From NCBI RefSeq assembly GCF_009914755.1, contig NC_060929.1: DNA of 64,000 nucleotides. One strand, 5' to 3'. The stretch is from the human T2T-CHM13v2.0 reference genome, Homo sapiens. Made by a program: the position numbers and the translations under genes. Within the stretch, counting starts at the first letter, position 1. The number at the start of each line of letters is the position of its first letter. The notes below the pieces were generated by a model. The model searched no databases, was not told the DNA's origin, and was given only the letters and a program-made list of their open reading frames with translations. Positions 58,107 to 64,000 of the stretch are shown here, in pieces.

Positions 58107-58580
58107 TTAGATATAAAAGTATTTGCTGGGGGCGGTTCCAAGATGGCCAAAGAGGAACGGCTCCAGTCTACAGCTCCCAGTGTGAGCGACGCAGAAGACG
58201 GATGATTTCTGCATTTCCAACTGAGGTACCGGGTTCATCTCACTAGCACTTGTCAGACAGTGGGTGCAGGACAGTGGGTGCAGCCCACTGAGCATGAACT
58301 GAAGCAGGGCGAGGCATAGCCTCACCCGGCAAGTGCAAGGAGTCAGGGAATTCCCTTTCCTAGCCAAGGGAAGCTGTGACAGACAGCACCTGGAAAATCG
58401 GGTCACTCCCACCCTAATACTGCACTTTTCCAATGGTCTTAGCAAACGGCACACCAGGAGATTATATCCCGCACCTGGCTCAGGGGGTCCCACGCCCACA
58501 GAGCCTTGCTCATTGCTAGCACAGCAGTCTGAGATAGAATCGCAAGGTGGCAGTGAGGCTGGGGGAGGGGCGCCCACCAT
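58107..58580 (-). other. L1 ORF0-like antisense ORF, extended to 157 aa
   Basis: MVGAPPPASLPPCDSISDCCASNEQGSVGVGPPEPG...IRVGVTRFSRC matches the ORF0 N-terminus. The frame stays open until a stop just outside the L1. Confidence 0.7.
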
Positions 58581-59155
58581 TGCTGAGGCTTGAGTAGGTA
58601 AACAAAGCAGCCTGGAGGCTCGACCTGCATGGAGCCCCTCGCAGCTCAAGGAGGCCTGCCTGCCTCTGTAGACTCCACCTCTGGGGGCAGGGCATAGCTG
58701 AACAAAAGGCAGCAGAAACCTCTGCAGACTTAAATGTCCCTGTCTGACAGCTTTGAAGACAGTAGTGGTTCTCCCAGCATGGAGTTTGAGATCTGAGAAC
58801 AGACAGACTGCCTCCTCAAGTGGGTCCTTGACCCCCAAGTAGCCCAATTGGGAGGCACCCCCCAGTAGGGGCAGACTGACACCTCACACGGCAGAGTACC
58901 CCTCTGAGATGAAGCTTCCAGAGGAATGATCAGGCAGCAACATTTGCTGTTCACCAATATTCGATGTTCTGCAGCCTTCATTGCTGATACCCAGGCAAAC
59001 AGGGTCTGGAGTGAACCTCCAGCAAACTCCAACAGACATGCAGCTGAGGGTCCTGACTGTTAGAAGGAAAACTAACAAACAGAAAGGACATTCACACCAA
59101 AACCCCATCTGTACGTCACCATCATCAAAGACCAAAGGTAGATAAAACCACAAAG
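58128..59155. promoter_or_regulatory. L1 5' UTR with sense and antisense promoter regions
   Basis: YY1 motif AAGATGGC at ~58140; ORF0 ATG on the minus strand at 58580-58578; retains the 129 bp segment 58899-59027 absent from L1PA2/L1HS. Confidence 0.8.
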
Positions 59156-60168
59156 GTGGGGAAAAAAACAGAGCAGAAAAGCTAAAAATTCTAAAAATCA
59201 GAGCACCTCTCCTCCTCCAAAGGAATGCAGCTCCTCGCCAGCACCAGAACAAAGCTGGATGGAGAATGACTTCGATGAGTTGAGAGAAGAAGGCTTCAGA
59301 CGATAAAACTTCTCCAAGCTAAAGGAGGAAGTGCAAATCCACCGCAAAGAAGCTAAAAACCTTGAAGAAATATTAGACGAATGGCTAACTAGAACAACCA
59401 GTGTAGAGAAGTCCTTAAATGACCTGATGGAGCTGAAAACCATGGCACGAGAACTAAGGGACGAATGCACAAGCTTCAGTAGCCAATTCGATCAACTGGA
59501 AGAAAGGGTATCTGTGACTGAAGATCAAATTAATGAAATGAAGTGAGAAGAGAAGTTTAGAGAAAGAAAAGTAAAAAGAAATGAACAAAGCCTCCAAGAA
59601 ATATGGGACTATGTGAAAAGACCAAATCTACATCTGATTGGTGTACCTGAAAGTGACGGAGAGAATACAACCAAGTTGGAAAACACTCTGCAGGATATTA
59701 TCCAGGAGAACTTCCCCAACCTAGCAAGGCAGGCCAACATTCAAATTCAGGAAATACAGAGAATGCCACAAAGATACGAGAAGAGCAACTCCAAGACAAA
59801 TAATTGTCAGATTCACCAAAGTTGAAATGAAGGAAAAAAATGGTAAGGGCAGCCAGAGAGAAAGGTCGGGTTACCCACAAAGAGAAGCCCACCAGACTAA
59901 CAGCGAATCTCTCGGCAGAAACTCTACAAGCCAGAAGACAGTGAAGGCCCATATTCAACATTCTTAAAGAAAGAATTTTCAACCCAGAATTTCATATCCA
60001 GCCAAACTAAGCTTCATAAGTGAAGGAGAAATAAAATACTTTACAGACAAGCAAATGCTGAGAGATTATGTCACCACCAGGCCTGCCCTACAAGAGATCC
60101 TGAAAGAAGCACTAAACATGGAAAGGAACGACCGGTACCAGCCATTGCAAAAACATGCCACATTGTAA
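59156..60168 (+). pseudogene. L1 ORF1, disrupted
   Basis: Start mutated to GTG. Fragments ...LMELKTMARELRDECTS... and KRPNLHLIGVPESDGEN; TGA at 59544; terminal TAA at 60166-60168. Confidence 0.9.
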
Positions 60169-60231
60169 AGACCGTCAAGGCTAGGAAGAAACTGCATCAA
60201 CTAATGAGCAAAATAACCAGCTAACATCATA

Positions 60232-64000
<3,769 letters not shown>

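Overview
Human-type genomic DNA containing the 3' part of HCN1 (hyperpolarization-activated cyclic nucleotide-gated channel 1) on the minus strand. Three coding exons are present (49347-49587, 12832-12996, 7664-8553; the last three exons, 6-8 in the usual numbering). They splice in frame (241+165+890 nt) to encode the distal C-linker, the cyclic-nucleotide-binding domain (CNBD) and the Pro/Ser/Gln-rich tail ending in SNL. A probable ~7 kb 3' UTR runs to an AATAAA at 706-711. The rest is AT-rich intron filled with Alus, MaLR/ERV LTRs, DNA transposons and L1s. The most interesting signals are: (1) a full-length antisense L1PA whose antisense promoter points at the CNBD exons and whose extended ORF0 frame has GT donors in phase with them; (2) a symmetric, weak-donor CNBD exon clamped by inverted Alus; (3) an LTR12 promoter facing the gene's 3' end that appears to lack its own polyA signal; (4) two template-switch signatures in the 3' UTR; (5) a motif-dense non-repetitive intronic element. 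All functional claims are inferences from sequence. Repeat subfamily calls come from recalled consensus sequences and were not computed.
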